A stretch of 64,000 bases of DNA from Candidatus Sumerlaeaceae bacterium (GTDB lineage Bacteria; Sumerlaeota; Sumerlaeia; Sumerlaeales; Sumerlaeaceae): the NCBI GenBank assembly GCA_051003195.1, contig JBPCLP010000020.1, positions 128,001 to 192,000 on the forward strand, read 5' to 3'. The notes below the pieces were generated by a model, which was given only the letters and a program-made list of their open reading frames with translations, made no database searches and was not told the origin of the DNA. Both the position numbers and the translations under genes were made by a program. Below, piece after piece: positions 18,835 through 29,144 of this stretch (its first letter is position 1; each line of letters opens with the position of its first letter).

Positions 18835-18854
18835 ATATCCGGATGCGTGAATAT
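18835..18854. promoter_or_regulatory. Candidate operator of the ArsR/SahR regulator
   Basis: Imperfect 20-bp palindrome ATATCCGGATGCGTGAATAT about 30 bp upstream of the regulator ATG. Confidence 0.35.
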
Positions 18855-18885
18855 AACGCTTGGATGCCTGCTAGCTCATTCACCA

Positions 18886-19911
18886 ATGAAGCGCCGTTCC
18901 CTAACTCCACTTAGCTTTCTTTTTCGCGCACTGGGCGACCCGGTCCGGTTGCGGCTGCTGCATCTGTTATCGGTTGAAGAGCTGAGCGTGGGCGAGCTGG
19001 TGCGCATCCTGGATCTGCCGCAGTCCTCGGTAAGCCGCCAGATTTCAGTGCTGCGCGAGCAGGGGTTGCTCTCGAGCAGGCCGGCGGGACCCGCAACCTA
19101 TTATCGCACAAACCTGGAGTCGGATGTTGGAGACAGTGAAACGGCGCTGCGGGATTCGCTCACCGATTTGCTGCGCCATGCGGAGCTGGCTCCGGCCGAT
19201 CAGCGTGCCCTGGAGCGGGTACTCGCCGGGCGCGAATCTGCCGGTGAGCAGTTCTTTGACCGCATCGGGCTTGGCTGGGACTCGCTACGCGAGGAATGTT
19301 TCGGTACGACGTTTCACCTGGAGGCTTTCATTGCCCTGCTTCCCAAAAGCTGGACAGTGGCTGACCTGGGAACCGGTACCGGGTACCTGCTGCCGATTCT
19401 TGGCCGGCATTTTAACCGGGTGATTGGCATCGACAACAGCCATGCGATGCTGGAACTGGCCCGTAAACGAGTGGAAGAAGCTGATGTGGCACGGCGCGTG
19501 GAATTGAGTGAAGGAGCGCTCGAGAAGCTGCCGCTGAAAAACGCGGAAGTGGATCTCGCGATTGCACTGCTGATGCTCCACCATCTTCCGGACGTGGAGA
19601 TCGCGTTGCGGGAAGTAAGGCGCGTGCTGAAACCGGGCGGTAAGCTCCTGGTGGTCGAAATTCATGAGCACCAGAACGAGGCGTTTCGTGTCCGCATGGC
19701 CGACCGCCGGCCTGGGATCGCACCGGCTCAACTGGAAGGCTGGATGCGCGACGCAAATTTAGAAGTCGGAACGATGTGGGACATTCCAAGCGCCGAGCAC
19801 GCTGAGCATGAGCTGGCGCCGGTGCCGCAACTTTATGTCTCCATCGCAGGTTTAGCAGTACCCACCGAAGCAAAGCATAATGCAGAGCAGGTGGCGCTGA
19901 CCGGCGCATGA
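18886..19911 (+). CDS. ArsR-family regulator fused to SAM-dependent methyltransferase domain (SahR-type)
   Basis: FRALGDPVRLRLL...ELSVGEL..PQSSVSRQ HTH; VADLGTGTG SAM-binding motif; immediately upstream of ahcY. Confidence 0.88.
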   Translation: MKRRSLTPLSFLFRALGDPVRLRLLHLLSVEELSVGELVRILDLPQSSVSRQISVLREQGLLSSRPAGPATYYRTNLESDVGDSETALRDSLTDLLRHAELAPADQRALERVLAGRESAGEQFFDRIGLGWDSLREECFGTTFHLEAFIALLPKSWTVADLGTGTGYLLPILGRHFNRVIGIDNSHAMLELARKRVEEADVARRVELSEGALEKLPLKNAEVDLAIALLMLHHLPDVEIALREVRRVLKPGGKLLVVEIHEHQNEAFRVRMADRRPGIAPAQLEGWMRDANLEVGTMWDIPSAEHAEHELAPVPQLYVSIAGLAVPTEAKHNAEQVALTGA

Positions 19912-19953
19912 CGCGCCGGCGGCACAGCACATTGGAACAATGAAAGGGTACCC

Positions 19954-21387
19954 ATGAGCCTCGCAGTAGCCAACGATTACCACGTAAAAGACATTTCGCA
20001 GGCGGATTTTGGTCGCGACGAAATCACGATTGCCGAGCACGAGATGCCGGGCCTGATGTCGGTTCGCAAAGAGTACGCGGCGAGCAAGCCATTAGCGGGG
20101 TCGCGCATTACGGGATCGCTGCACATGACGATCCAGACGGCGGTGCTGATCGAAACACTGGCCGAGCTTGGCGCGGATGTACGCTGGGCGAGCTGCAACA
20201 TCTACTCAACACAGGACCACGCGGCTGCCGCAATCGCGGCGGCGGGAATTCCGGTGTTCGCTTTCAAAGGTGAAACGCTCGAGGAGTACTGGCAGCTGAC
20301 GAAGAAGGCGCTGGCGTTTCCTGAAGGAGGACCAACGATCCTCGTCGACGACGGCGGGGATGCGACGCTGCTGATTCATCGCGGTTCCGAGCGCGAGATC
20401 GAGTATGAGAAGACCGGCAAAAAGCCAGCCATCTGCACTGACAATGAAGAGATTCAGATTATCGACACGGTGCTGAACGACACGCTCGACGAGGACTCCA
20501 GCTATTGGCGCAACATGGCGAAAGACATCGTGGGCGTCAGCGAAGAAACGACAACCGGCGTGCATCGCCTGTATGAGATGGCAAAAGAAGGCCGCCTGCT
20601 GTTCCCGGCGATCAACGTGAACGATTCCGTTACGAAGTCGAAGTTTGATAACCTCTACGGATGCCGCGAGTCATTGGTGGACGCCATCAAGCGCGCGACG
20701 GATGTGATGATTGCCGGCAAGAAAGTCGTGGTGTGCGGCTACGGTGATGTTGGCAAAGGCTCAGTGCAAAGCTTCAAGGGACTTGGAGCCACGCTTTTCG
20801 TAACCGAGATCGATCCGATCAACGCGCTGCAGGCGTGCATGGAAGGTTACCAGGTCGTGACCATGGAAGACGCCTGCAAGTGGGGCGACATTTTCGTGAC
20901 CACCACCGGCAACGTTGACGTCATTACGGTGGAGCACATGAGCCAGATGAAGCACCAGGCAATTGTATGCAACATCGGCCATTTTGACTCCGAGATCCAG
21001 GTGAACGCGCTGTACAATGATCCGGCCCTGAAGGTGCACGAGATCAAGCCGCAGGTCGACCAGATCGAATGGTCGAACGGCAAGCGGATCACCGTGCTTG
21101 CGCGTGGGCGTCTCGTGAATCTCGGATGCGCAACCGGTCACCCGAGCTTTGTCATGAGCGCGAGTTTCACCAACCAGACCATCGCACAGATCGAACTGTG
21201 GCAGAATCGTGACACCGGCAAGTACCCACTCGGCGTGTACACGTTGCCGAAGGTGCTTGATGAGAAAGTCGCGCGGCTGCACCTCGACCACCTTGGTGCG
21301 AAGTTGACAAAGCTTTCGTCAAAGCAGGCAGCCTACATTGGCGTGCCGGCGGAAGGGCCGTTCAAGGCAGACCACTACCGCTACTAA
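19954..21387 (+). CDS. ahcY: Adenosylhomocysteinase
   Basis: [68 protein letters not shown]-terminal HYRY. Confidence 0.98.
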   Translation: MSLAVANDYHVKDISQADFGRDEITIAEHEMPGLMSVRKEYAASKPLAGSRITGSLHMTIQTAVLIETLAELGADVRWASCNIYSTQDHAAAAIAAAGIPVFAFKGETLEEYWQLTKKALAFPEGGPTILVDDGGDATLLIHRGSEREIEYEKTGKKPAICTDNEEIQIIDTVLNDTLDEDSSYWRNMAKDIVGVSEETTTGVHRLYEMAKEGRLLFPAINVNDSVTKSKFDNLYGCRESLVDAIKRATDVMIAGKKVVVCGYGDVGKGSVQSFKGLGATLFVTEIDPINALQACMEGYQVVTMEDACKWGDIFVTTTGNVDVITVEHMSQMKHQAIVCNIGHFDSEIQVNALYNDPALKVHEIKPQVDQIEWSNGKRITVLARGRLVNLGCATGHPSFVMSASFTNQTIAQIELWQNRDTGKYPLGVYTLPKVLDEKVARLHLDHLGAKLTKLSSKQAAYIGVPAEGPFKADHYRY

Positions 21388-21395
21388 CTGAATCG

Positions 21396-21429
21396 TTCCG
21401 GCAGCCCCCGTTTAGGGCTGCCGGAAAAA
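21396..21429. terminator. Hairpin terminator after ahcY
   Basis: Perfect 12-bp stem TTCCGGCAGCCC/GGGCTGCCGGAA; followed by an A-run rather than a T-run. Confidence 0.6.
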
Positions 21430-21452
21430 CAGTTGACGCACGATGGAAATCG

Positions 21453-21493
21453 AACCTCCTTCACAAAGATTTTCGGGGAGGGGTTGTTTTTTT
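21453..21493 (+). terminator. Intrinsic terminator-like hairpin directly before the response-regulator ATG
   Basis: AACCTCCTTC...GGGGAGGGGTT stem followed by T7. Confidence 0.5.
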
Positions 21494-21877
21494 ATGCCTA
21501 GCAAGCCTGAGCTGGTACTGGTGATGGACGACGAGCCCGCCGTTTGTGACTCCATCAAGGCATTGCTACTGGGAAGAGGCTACCGTGTGATCACAACGGG
21601 CAGCTGTGAGGACGCGATTGATCTGGTCAGCCATTTTTATCCGAACCTGGTGCTCGCTGATGTAAACATGCCGTGCCAGTCGGGTCTGGATTTCATCCAG
21701 GAACTGGTGGTGCTTGGACTGCTGGAAGATGTGCCTGTTATTTTTGTCTCCGCATTGGCGCGCGTTCAGGATATCGAGGCTGGGATGCGCGCGGGCGCGA
21801 AAGACTACATCACAAAGCCATTTACGCCGGAAACTTTGTTCGAAAGCGTTGAGAAACACATCCGCAAGGCGGCGTAA
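21494..21877 (+). CDS. Single-domain response regulator (receiver)
   Basis: VMDDEP, LADVNMP..SG, FVSA, GAKDYITKPF. Confidence 0.92.
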   Translation: MPSKPELVLVMDDEPAVCDSIKALLLGRGYRVITTGSCEDAIDLVSHFYPNLVLADVNMPCQSGLDFIQELVVLGLLEDVPVIFVSALARVQDIEAGMRAGAKDYITKPFTPETLFESVEKHIRKAA

Positions 21878-21909
21878 GAACTATCCGGCGGTTTCCGCAT
21901 TGCGGGTAC

Positions 21910-22656
21910 TTACTTGTACCTTCTCCCTTCCGGCTCCACCTGTGTCCGCACGATTTCACCCTCGCTTACGGTGCCGTTCGTCGCATCGTAAATTGCAAAC
22001 GGGCTGAGGTCCAGGGTGTAAATGGCACTGAAACGCTGGTCGGGTCCAAAGCTGTAGAGGCGCCATGTCCCGAAAACGGATGTGTCGGCGTTGAGGAATC
22101 CGCCCGCCTGGTCCACTTCCGCAAACTGTCGAACGTTATGGTAGACGAAAGCTGCATCGAAAGGATTGCCGCTGGCGAATGGCTTCCCGACATCGGGTGT
22201 GGCGTTGTCGTCAGTCTGGTGCGCGAGCACTTTCGTTTTAAAGGCATCTGACGGGACGGAGCTGAGATAGGCAATCGGCGTGGTGATGTTCTGCGGCGCG
22301 CCCCGCCATGCATTCAGCCGTACACTTCCATAGGCATTAAGGCGATTCTGTTCCTGGCCCGTGCCATCATCGGGGCCAAGCATGGGCGGGTACATGGTGT
22401 TGTCGGCGGCATAGCTTTCCAGGGCGACTGAGAGGGTGCGCATATCCGCCCTCACCCTCGAAATTTTTGCGCGCGTGTAAGCGTCCAGGAAATTGGGTAT
22501 GGCGATGGCGGCGAGAATCGCGATGATGGCGACCACGATGAGCAGCTCGATGAGGGTAAAACCAGGGGAGCGCAAAGCTACCGCGAAGAGGTGTGGAGCT
22601 TCCCGGATGTGGACGGCTGCGCCACGCTTTGGTGCCCATGTTTTATGACAGCTCAT
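21910..22656 (-). CDS. Prepilin-type N-terminal cleavage/methylation protein (GspG/pilin-like), paralogue 1
   Basis: G|FTLIELLIVVAIIAILAAIAIPNF, TTPIAY, WRLYSFGPD, YDATNGTVSEG. Confidence 0.9.
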   Translation of the reverse strand: MSCHKTWAPKRGAAVHIREAPHLFAVALRSPGFTLIELLIVVAIIAILAAIAIPNFLDAYTRAKISRVRADMRTLSVALESYAADNTMYPPMLGPDDGTGQEQNRLNAYGSVRLNAWRGAPQNITTPIAYLSSVPSDAFKTKVLAHQTDDNATPDVGKPFASGNPFDAAFVYHNVRQFAEVDQAGGFLNADTSVFGTWRLYSFGPDQRFSAIYTLDLSPFAIYDATNGTVSEGEIVRTQVEPEGRRYK

Positions 22657-23030
22657 TTTACTACCCGGTTCGTTATACCATCACCCTGGTCTGAGTCGTC
22701 ACCGATACCGTACACAACCGGCTGTTGACAACTGTGTTTGGGCGCAACGGTAACTCGCGTGTTCTTTGTTGCGCTGGCATTTTACCGTATCTCTCCAGCC
22801 AGGAGTAGACTTCACTGTGGAGGCGCATTCCGTTGGGCGCTCGGCTCGCCTGGTGCGTGCGAGTGTTGGACCGGTCTGTTTATCCCGGCTCTGTTGTGAC
22901 TCGTTGTCCCGGGTAGCGGTTTTCTCTCCGCGGCCTTATGCCGCCCTGCCTGATGAAAAACGCGCTGCCCGTTACCTCGCTTTGTGCAGCACAGACATCG
23001 CTCTGGCGCTGCCGACAGGAGACAACTCTC

Positions 23031-24041
23031 ATGCTTCACTGCCTGCGTACGGCCGTTCTGGCCGCCGCTTTTTCCGTCGTTTCTATCCCAGCATTCTGTG
23101 CAACACCGGATCTGCCCAGCTGCGATAGCTGGTATCCCGCAGCTTCGTGTAACTACGAAGTTTCGAACCGTCCAAGCAGCTTTGCGATCAGCTATGTCGT
23201 TATCCATAAAGCGCAGGGCACCGCTTCAAGCGCAGCATCCTGGTTCCAGAACTGCCAGGCAAACGCCAGCACGCATTATGCTTTTAACAACAGCACCGGT
23301 TACTGTTACCAGATGGTGTACGAGAAGGACATCGCATGGCATGGTGCAAACTACTGGTACGCCCAACGGTCGGTTGGAATCGAGCATGGCGGCTATGATA
23401 ACTCCAACGACACCGCAACGGTCTGCTACGACGAAAGCGCGCTGGAGACCAAGAGCTGCATCGTCTACTACACGGTTCCCTACAGCCGCAGTTATATCAT
23501 CGGACACCAGGAAATTCCTGGCTGTGGAACACCGGGTTATGGCGGCCAAACCTGCTCCGGAGACCCGGGCCAGTACTGGAACTGGACCTATTATATGAGC
23601 AAATGTAATCCGAATCCCGTGACTCCGACAAACACGATTGTGGATAACGCTAACGCCGGCTTCGCAGCTTCGGCAAACTGGACGACCGGCACTTCTGCCG
23701 CGGACAAGTATGGAACCAACTACCGCTTCCGTAACACGGCAAATGGGGTAAGCGACGCTGCGACTTTCTCGACAAGCCTTGCAAACGGCGGCAGCTATAA
23801 TGTTTACCTGTGGTGGAGTCAGGGAACCAATCGGGCCAACTCCGTTCCGATTGTAATCACGCGCTCGGGTGGAACGGATACCGCATACGTAAACATGCAA
23901 TCCGGCGGCGGGTTATGGAACCTGCTGGGCAACACCGGGCGAACACTCTCCTCAGGTGCTAACAGCGTCAAAGTGTCGGTATGGACCACGGCGGCGGGTG
24001 TGGCGATCGCCGATGCCGTCAAATGGTACGGACCGTATTAG
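23031..24041 (+). CDS. Secreted N-acetylmuramoyl-L-alanine amidase (Amidase_2) with C-terminal golvesin/Xly-like beta module
   Basis: VVIH, ASTHY, YQMV.E.DIAWHGAN, SVGIEH, IIGHQE, DPG.YWNW; C-terminal domain IVDN...YNVYLWW...ADAVKW; AGGAG RBS. Confidence 0.85.
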   Translation: MLHCLRTAVLAAAFSVVSIPAFCATPDLPSCDSWYPAASCNYEVSNRPSSFAISYVVIHKAQGTASSAASWFQNCQANASTHYAFNNSTGYCYQMVYEKDIAWHGANYWYAQRSVGIEHGGYDNSNDTATVCYDESALETKSCIVYYTVPYSRSYIIGHQEIPGCGTPGYGGQTCSGDPGQYWNWTYYMSKCNPNPVTPTNTIVDNANAGFAASANWTTGTSAADKYGTNYRFRNTANGVSDAATFSTSLANGGSYNVYLWWSQGTNRANSVPIVITRSGGTDTAYVNMQSGGGLWNLLGNTGRTLSSGANSVKVSVWTTAAGVAIADAVKWYGPY

Positions 24042-24076
24042 CCGAAAAGCTTACTGTATGTGAGTTATCGTTTTTT

Positions 24077-24103
24077 AAGAGGGCCATTCAGGCCCTCTTT
24101 TTT
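24077..24103 (+). terminator. Rho-independent terminator
   Basis: AAGAGGGCC-ATTCA-GGCCCTCTT followed by a T-run. Confidence 0.8.
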
Positions 24104-24200
24104 CAATTCAGTTATTGGGACTGCAAGCGTTGGACCGGTGGCAAAGCGCTTCGGCTCAGCCGTTCGGTAGTAAGGCACGCATCTCGCCTATCCGTTCCTT

Positions 24201-24794
24201 ATGCATATGCATGAGTGTTGGCAGACGCCCGAAATCTCTCGCAGCCGTGTCGCTGCACATCTGGTGCTTGGGCTGATTATCCTCGCGTCGGTTGCCTGGA
24301 CGATCAATGTCCTCGGTCGTCATTTTATTGAAATCGATCGCCTGCGCGAGTGGGTGCGCGGTTTCGGGCCGGCTGCACCGCTGGTTTTCATTGCGGTGTT
24401 CACGGCCGCGCATCTTGTCTTCCTTCCGGTTGCGCCCTTTGTTGTTGCCGCAATCGCGGCATTTCATTGGCCGGTCGCCATAGCAACGATTTTGGTATCT
24501 CATAACCTGGCCGCGAACCTGGGTTACGCGCTACCGTCCATAGTCGGAAAAGAGCGGATGCATCGCATTTGGCAGCGTCATCCCAAGCTGGCGGAGTTCG
24601 ACAGGAAGATCTGCGAACGCGGGTTTGTAACGGTACTTGCGTTGCGGATAGTGCCAGCTCTTCCGTTCAGTGTGGTCAGCTATGTGTCCGCGCTGAGTTG
24701 TATCCGCTGGCGTGATTATGCGCTGGCGAGCTTTGTTGGATTTCTGCCCGGCTCGATCGTCATGGCTTTTGTGCTAAGCCACGGCACGTCCTGA
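24201..24794 (+). CDS. TVP38/TMEM64 (VTT/DedA-superfamily) membrane protein
   Basis: GPAAPLVFI, LRIVPALPFSVVSY, WRDYALASFVGFLPG. Confidence 0.85.
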   Translation: MHMHECWQTPEISRSRVAAHLVLGLIILASVAWTINVLGRHFIEIDRLREWVRGFGPAAPLVFIAVFTAAHLVFLPVAPFVVAAIAAFHWPVAIATILVSHNLAANLGYALPSIVGKERMHRIWQRHPKLAEFDRKICERGFVTVLALRIVPALPFSVVSYVSALSCIRWRDYALASFVGFLPGSIVMAFVLSHGTS

Positions 24795-25527
24795 TAAAAT
24801 CTGATACAGTTCGCGTAAACTCCTCCGGGTGCGAGTAATGGACAGTGTGTGCGGCTTCGGGAATTGTCACGAGCCGGGCGTCCGGCAGCAGACCGGTAAC
24901 CAGCTCAGCCCAATGTTGCGGGACAATGGGGTCGCGGCCACCGTGCATTACGAGGGTTGGCACCTTGAATTGCCAGAGTTTCTCTTCAATGCGGTCTTCG
25001 CGGGCATGCACAAAAGTGCGCCAAAACCGGCGTGGACCGAAGCGTAAGTAGTCCATCAGCGCGATTCCGATTTCGGAAAAAGGCTCGCGGCTTGCGTCGA
25101 GTGCCAGTCTAAACAATTGCCGCATTGCAGAGCGGGCCTGCGCTTCAATCGTGGGGCCAAGCAGCGTGGCGGATCTTAACAGGTGGGGATATCGCACACC
25201 CAGCTCAATTACAACCTGGCATCCGAAGGAATTTCCAATCCAATGCACGGGCTGCAGCCCTGCTTGTGTGATCCATTCAGCGAGGACGTCCGCGAGTTGC
25301 GCCACGTTAAGGACGTGGCGGGGCTTTGCGCTGCGGCCCGAACCAGGAAGATCCGGAATCAACACCGCGAAGTCGCGCGCGAGGAGTTCTGCCGATCTCA
25401 GGAAATAAGTCCCCGAGACGCCCAGCCCATGCACCAGCACGACGGGTTCACCGTCGCCTGCCGAGCGAACGTACATCTTTCCCCACACGGTGTCGAGCAT
25501 GTCGCCTTTAAACACGTGCTTTTGCAT
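24760..25527 (-). CDS. Alpha/beta hydrolase
   Basis: LVHGLG, PDLPGSG, GNSFG nucleophile elbow, GGRDPIVP, AAHTV. Confidence 0.9.
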   Translation of the reverse strand: MQKHVFKGDMLDTVWGKMYVRSAGDGEPVVLVHGLGVSGTYFLRSAELLARDFAVLIPDLPGSGRSAKPRHVLNVAQLADVLAEWITQAGLQPVHWIGNSFGCQVVIELGVRYPHLLRSATLLGPTIEAQARSAMRQLFRLALDASREPFSEIGIALMDYLRFGPRRFWRTFVHAREDRIEEKLWQFKVPTLVMHGGRDPIVPQHWAELVTGLLPDARLVTIPEAAHTVHYSHPEEFTRTVSDFIRTCRGLAQKP

Positions 25528-25587
25528 GGGACTTTGTACCGGCGAACCGCGTGCCGGTGAGGATTGGATACTTATATCGCTTTCGGT

Positions 25588-26988
25588 TTAGCTTTTTGGA
25601 TTCAGCCCCAGTGGAAGGCGCACGGTGAAAGTCGTACCGAAACCCGGCACGCTTTCCACTGCGATTTCGCCGCCCATCAGGCGGCAAAGATTACGGCTGA
25701 TGGCAAGTCCGAGCCCAGTCCCGAGGGATGGTTTCTCGCCAGTGAGGTCCGTACTTTCAACCTGGTAAAACGCCTCAAACAGACGCTCCATCTGGTCCTG
25801 CGTCATACCGATGCCCGTATCCTGCACGCGAAAAACGGCGTAGGCTGATGCCTGGTCGCTGAAGCCGGGCTCGACGTCGACAGCAAGACTGACGACGCCG
25901 TTCTGCGTAAACTTGGCCGCGTTACCAAGCAGATTCAGCAGAATCTGCCGCACCTTGGTCTGGTCCGCCTGCATGGCACTCACCACATCGGTTACAGCCA
26001 CTTCCAATCGATTGCCGGCCAGCTCGACAGCCGGGCGGACCAGGTCGGCGACTTCGCGCACGAGCTGACGGATCGGGAAAGTCTCGGCACGCAGTGTTGC
26101 TTTGCCGGCCTCAATTCGCGCAAGATCAAGCAAGTCGTCAATGAGTCGCAGCAGATGTTTCCCGGCGGAGTGGATGCGGCCCAGGTCCTGCTGAATGCCG
26201 GCCTGCTCGGGTTCCTGTGCATCTTCCTGCAGCATCTCTGCGTAGCCGAGAATGGCGTTCAGTGGAGTGCGCAATTCGTGACTGACCCGCGCGAGAAACG
26301 CGCTCTTCGCCTGGTCGGTGCGTATCGCTATGTCGCGCGCTTGTGCGAGCTCCTGGTTAATGCGGAGAATGTCCCGTTCGCGGTTTCTCAAACTGTCGAA
26401 TAGCCGCGCGTTTTGAATGACGACACCAAGTTGCTCTGCGACAACGGTCAGGAATTCGACGTCATCGGCGCTGAAGCGATGCGTGCGCTCGGTATCATCG
26501 ACGCGCAGCACTCCAATGACACTGCGTCTCCAGACGATCGGGACCGCCGCGGAACTTTTAAGGCGTAACTCTTTGACGAACTCCGGCGGAATTAACTCAG
26601 TCCTGGAACAGTCCCCAACAACCACCGGGCGCACTTCTGAAAAACAGAGGCCGGAAATGCTGAAGCCAACCGGCTGCGGGCCGGCACGGAGTTTTTCGTT
26701 CTGGTGCGCGGCACCGATGTACGCTTCGCTCACAAGCGCGCCGACTTCTTCATCCCACAATAGAACAGCGGCACGGCTGACACGCAGGCAGGCGGGCAAC
26801 ATCTCGTATACGCGCAGATAGACAGTCTTTAAATCCTGCGCTTCCTGAAAAGTCGCATGAAAGGAGCGCAGCAGCTGCAGTCGGCTGATGACACGCAGCA
26901 CGTTAGAGTCTGAAGTGGCGCAGGAAGCATCTTCAGAGCCCATGCCCTGGTCGTAAAACTCGTCCCTTGCGCTGCCGGAACTCATCAC
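25588..26988 (-). CDS. GAF-domain sensor histidine kinase
   Basis: GAF domain; H-box SHELRTPLN; N-box LLNLLGNAAKFT; G1 DTGIG; G2 GTGLGL. Confidence 0.93.
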   Translation of the reverse strand: MMSSGSARDEFYDQGMGSEDASCATSDSNVLRVISRLQLLRSFHATFQEAQDLKTVYLRVYEMLPACLRVSRAAVLLWDEEVGALVSEAYIGAAHQNEKLRAGPQPVGFSISGLCFSEVRPVVVGDCSRTELIPPEFVKELRLKSSAAVPIVWRRSVIGVLRVDDTERTHRFSADDVEFLTVVAEQLGVVIQNARLFDSLRNRERDILRINQELAQARDIAIRTDQAKSAFLARVSHELRTPLNAILGYAEMLQEDAQEPEQAGIQQDLGRIHSAGKHLLRLIDDLLDLARIEAGKATLRAETFPIRQLVREVADLVRPAVELAGNRLEVAVTDVVSAMQADQTKVRQILLNLLGNAAKFTQNGVVSLAVDVEPGFSDQASAYAVFRVQDTGIGMTQDQMERLFEAFYQVESTDLTGEKPSLGTGLGLAISRNLCRLMGGEIAVESVPGFGTTFTVRLPLGLNPKS

Positions 26989-27173
26989 GGATCCCTTCCA
27001 GAATTACCGAAGGTTAGTACTCCCCGGTATTGCCAGCAGTTCAACTGAGGATGCGACGCTTGTCAAGCCCAAGCCTTGCCGAATGCTGCGCGCCGAGCGT
27101 CGACCCTGTACGTCTGTAAACTTTGAACTTGCGCCGCTATACGCGATAGTTTCGGGAGTAGCAGGCCGCATGA

Positions 27174-29144
27174 ATGACTAACGAGAGCGCGAACCAACAA
27201 AGCCGGGACGAAAGCCCCCCGCCGGCTTCCATAAAAGCCGTCCTGGTTTTCGACGGAGACTGCGGATTTTGCCGCAAATGGATTGCCCGGTGGCGGCAGA
27301 TCACGCGGGGGTCTGTCGAGTACGTTGCATCGCAGGCCGCGGAAACAACACGGCGTTTTCCGGACGTGCCGGAACAGTGGTATCGCGAGGGCGTCGTGTT
27401 GATGGAGAGCGGACGGCAGCCACTGCGATGCGCACACGCGGTATTTCGCACGCTTGCACTGGCACCCGGGTCGCGCGGCATTGGCTTGTGGCTCTATGAG
27501 CACATTCCCGGGTTCGCCGGCATCGCTGAGTATGCTTATGACCTCATCGCCCGTCATCGTGGAGCCGCGGTCGCGCTTACACGGCTTGTGTGGCTCGGCC
27601 GTGTCGAATTACCACGGCTGGCAGTCACGCGCTGGCTTTTTTTGCGCGGACTCGGTATCATTTATTTTTGCGCATTCATGTCGCTGTTGGTTCAGATGCC
27701 CGCGCTCGTTGGATCGAATGGAATTCTACCCACGCAGCAGTTTTTTGACCAGGTTGGGGAGCAGCTCGGCACCGGGCGATATCTGCAGCTTCCCAGCATC
27801 CTGTGGTGGACTGGCGCGGGCGATCTTGCCCTCGGGTGCACCTGCCTTGGTGGCGCAGTATTAGCGCTGCTGCTGGTGGTCGGGTTTGCGCAGGTGCCGG
27901 TGCTCGTTTTGTTGTGGGCTCTGTACCTTTCGCTTTGTGCGGCGGGCCAGGTGTTCCTGCAGTTCCAGTGGGACCTGCTGCTGCTGGAATCGGGTTTCCT
28001 GGCAGTGTTCCTGGCGCCGCTGACGTTGCTGCCGCGCAAACCGCTTAACGAAGGCGAGCCGTCGCGCATTGGGGTTTGGATGCTGCGCTGGCTCGTTGCG
28101 CGCTTTATGTTCCAATCTGGAATTGTGAAGCTGCTCAGTGGCGATCCGACCTGGCGCGACCTGACGGCACTGACCTACCATTTCGAAACGCAGCCGCTGC
28201 CTACCTGGATCGGGTGGTTTATGCACCACGGGCCGGTGTGGTTCTTAAAAGCCAATACGCTGGCGATGTATGGAATCGAGATCGGGCTGGCGTTGCTGGT
28301 GTTCGGGCCCCGTGGATTGCGCATCATCGCGGCGTCGGCATTTGCGCTGCTGCAGTTGATGATTCTGCTTACCGGCAATTACGGCTTTTTCAACTGGCTG
28401 ACGCTCGTGTTATGCATTATGCTGCTGGATGATTTCGTATGGCCGTGGAGCTGGGGCGGTAAGCGCCCATGGATGGGCAGGGGCGGGGTGCAGGACGACC
28501 GGACCGTGCGAGCGCCGCGCAAGTGGCCGCGCTGGGTACTGGTTCCGGTGGCCCTCGTAGTGCTCGTTGTAACGGGCACGGAAGCAGTGCTTCAAGTGGG
28601 CTGGCAGCGGATTGTGCCGTCGCCGCTGATTGGATTGACTGCGATGGCGCAGCCTTTTCGCACATTGAACTCCTATGGTCTGTTCGCTGTCATGACGACC
28701 ACGCGCCCGGAGATCACCATCGAGGGCAGCCTGGACGGAAAGAATTGGCACGCTTATCGATTCAAATACAAGCCGGGCGAACTGGATCGGCGCCCTGTGT
28801 TTTGCCAGCCACACATGCCGCGGCTGGACTGGCAGATGTGGTTTGCGGCCCTTGGCACCATACGGCGTAACGAGTGGCTGCTTCTTTTCCAACAGCGCCT
28901 GCTGGAGGGCAATCGCGGTGTGACCGCGCTGTTGAGATATGATCCGTTCAGGGGCTCTCCCTCTCCAAAATACATCCGCGCCACGATTGCCAATTATCAC
29001 TTTACCGATATCGCGACCTGGCGAAGCACGGGGCGCTGGTGGCGATCCGATATACCACAGCCTTACACTCCCGTGCTGACGCTGCGTGAAGGTCGACTTG
29101 CTGTTGCAAACCAGTTGAACGGGAGCGATGCAGAAGCACGTTGA
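27174..29144 (+). CDS. Lipase maturation factor (LMF) family protein with N-terminal DCC1/DUF393 thiol-disulfide domain
   Basis: FDGDCGFC; FQWDLLLLESGFLA, SGIVKL.SGD.TWRDLTAL.YHFETQPLP, YGLFAVMTT.RPEI, PHMPRLDWQMWFAAL. Confidence 0.9.
   Translation: MTNESANQQSRDESPPPASIKAVLVFDGDCGFCRKWIARWRQITRGSVEYVASQAAETTRRFPDVPEQWYREGVVLMESGRQPLRCAHAVFRTLALAPGSRGIGLWLYEHIPGFAGIAEYAYDLIARHRGAAVALTRLVWLGRVELPRLAVTRWLFLRGLGIIYFCAFMSLLVQMPALVGSNGILPTQQFFDQVGEQLGTGRYLQLPSILWWTGAGDLALGCTCLGGAVLALLLVVGFAQVPVLVLLWALYLSLCAAGQVFLQFQWDLLLLESGFLAVFLAPLTLLPRKPLNEGEPSRIGVWMLRWLVARFMFQSGIVKLLSGDPTWRDLTALTYHFETQPLPTWIGWFMHHGPVWFLKANTLAMYGIEIGLALLVFGPRGLRIIAASAFALLQLMILLTGNYGFFNWLTLVLCIMLLDDFVWPWSWGGKRPWMGRGGVQDDRTVRAPRKWPRWVLVPVALVVLVVTGTEAVLQVGWQRIVPSPLIGLTAMAQPFRTLNSYGLFAVMTTTRPEITIEGSLDGKNWHAYRFKYKPGELDRRPVFCQPHMPRLDWQMWFAALGTIRRNEWLLLFQQRLLEGNRGVTALLRYDPFRGSPSPKYIRATIANYHFTDIATWRSTGRWWRSDIPQPYTPVLTLREGRLAVANQLNGSDAEAR

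Noticed and set aside
22660..23030. Long leader upstream of the Amidase_2 gene as a possible c-di-AMP or c-di-GMP riboswitch
   Set aside because: I could not find the consensus motifs; only an isolated TTGACA at 22725
23640..23648. Perfect DnaA box (TGTGGATAA)
   Set aside because: It is a single copy inside the amidase coding sequence (I-V-D-N codons), as expected by chance
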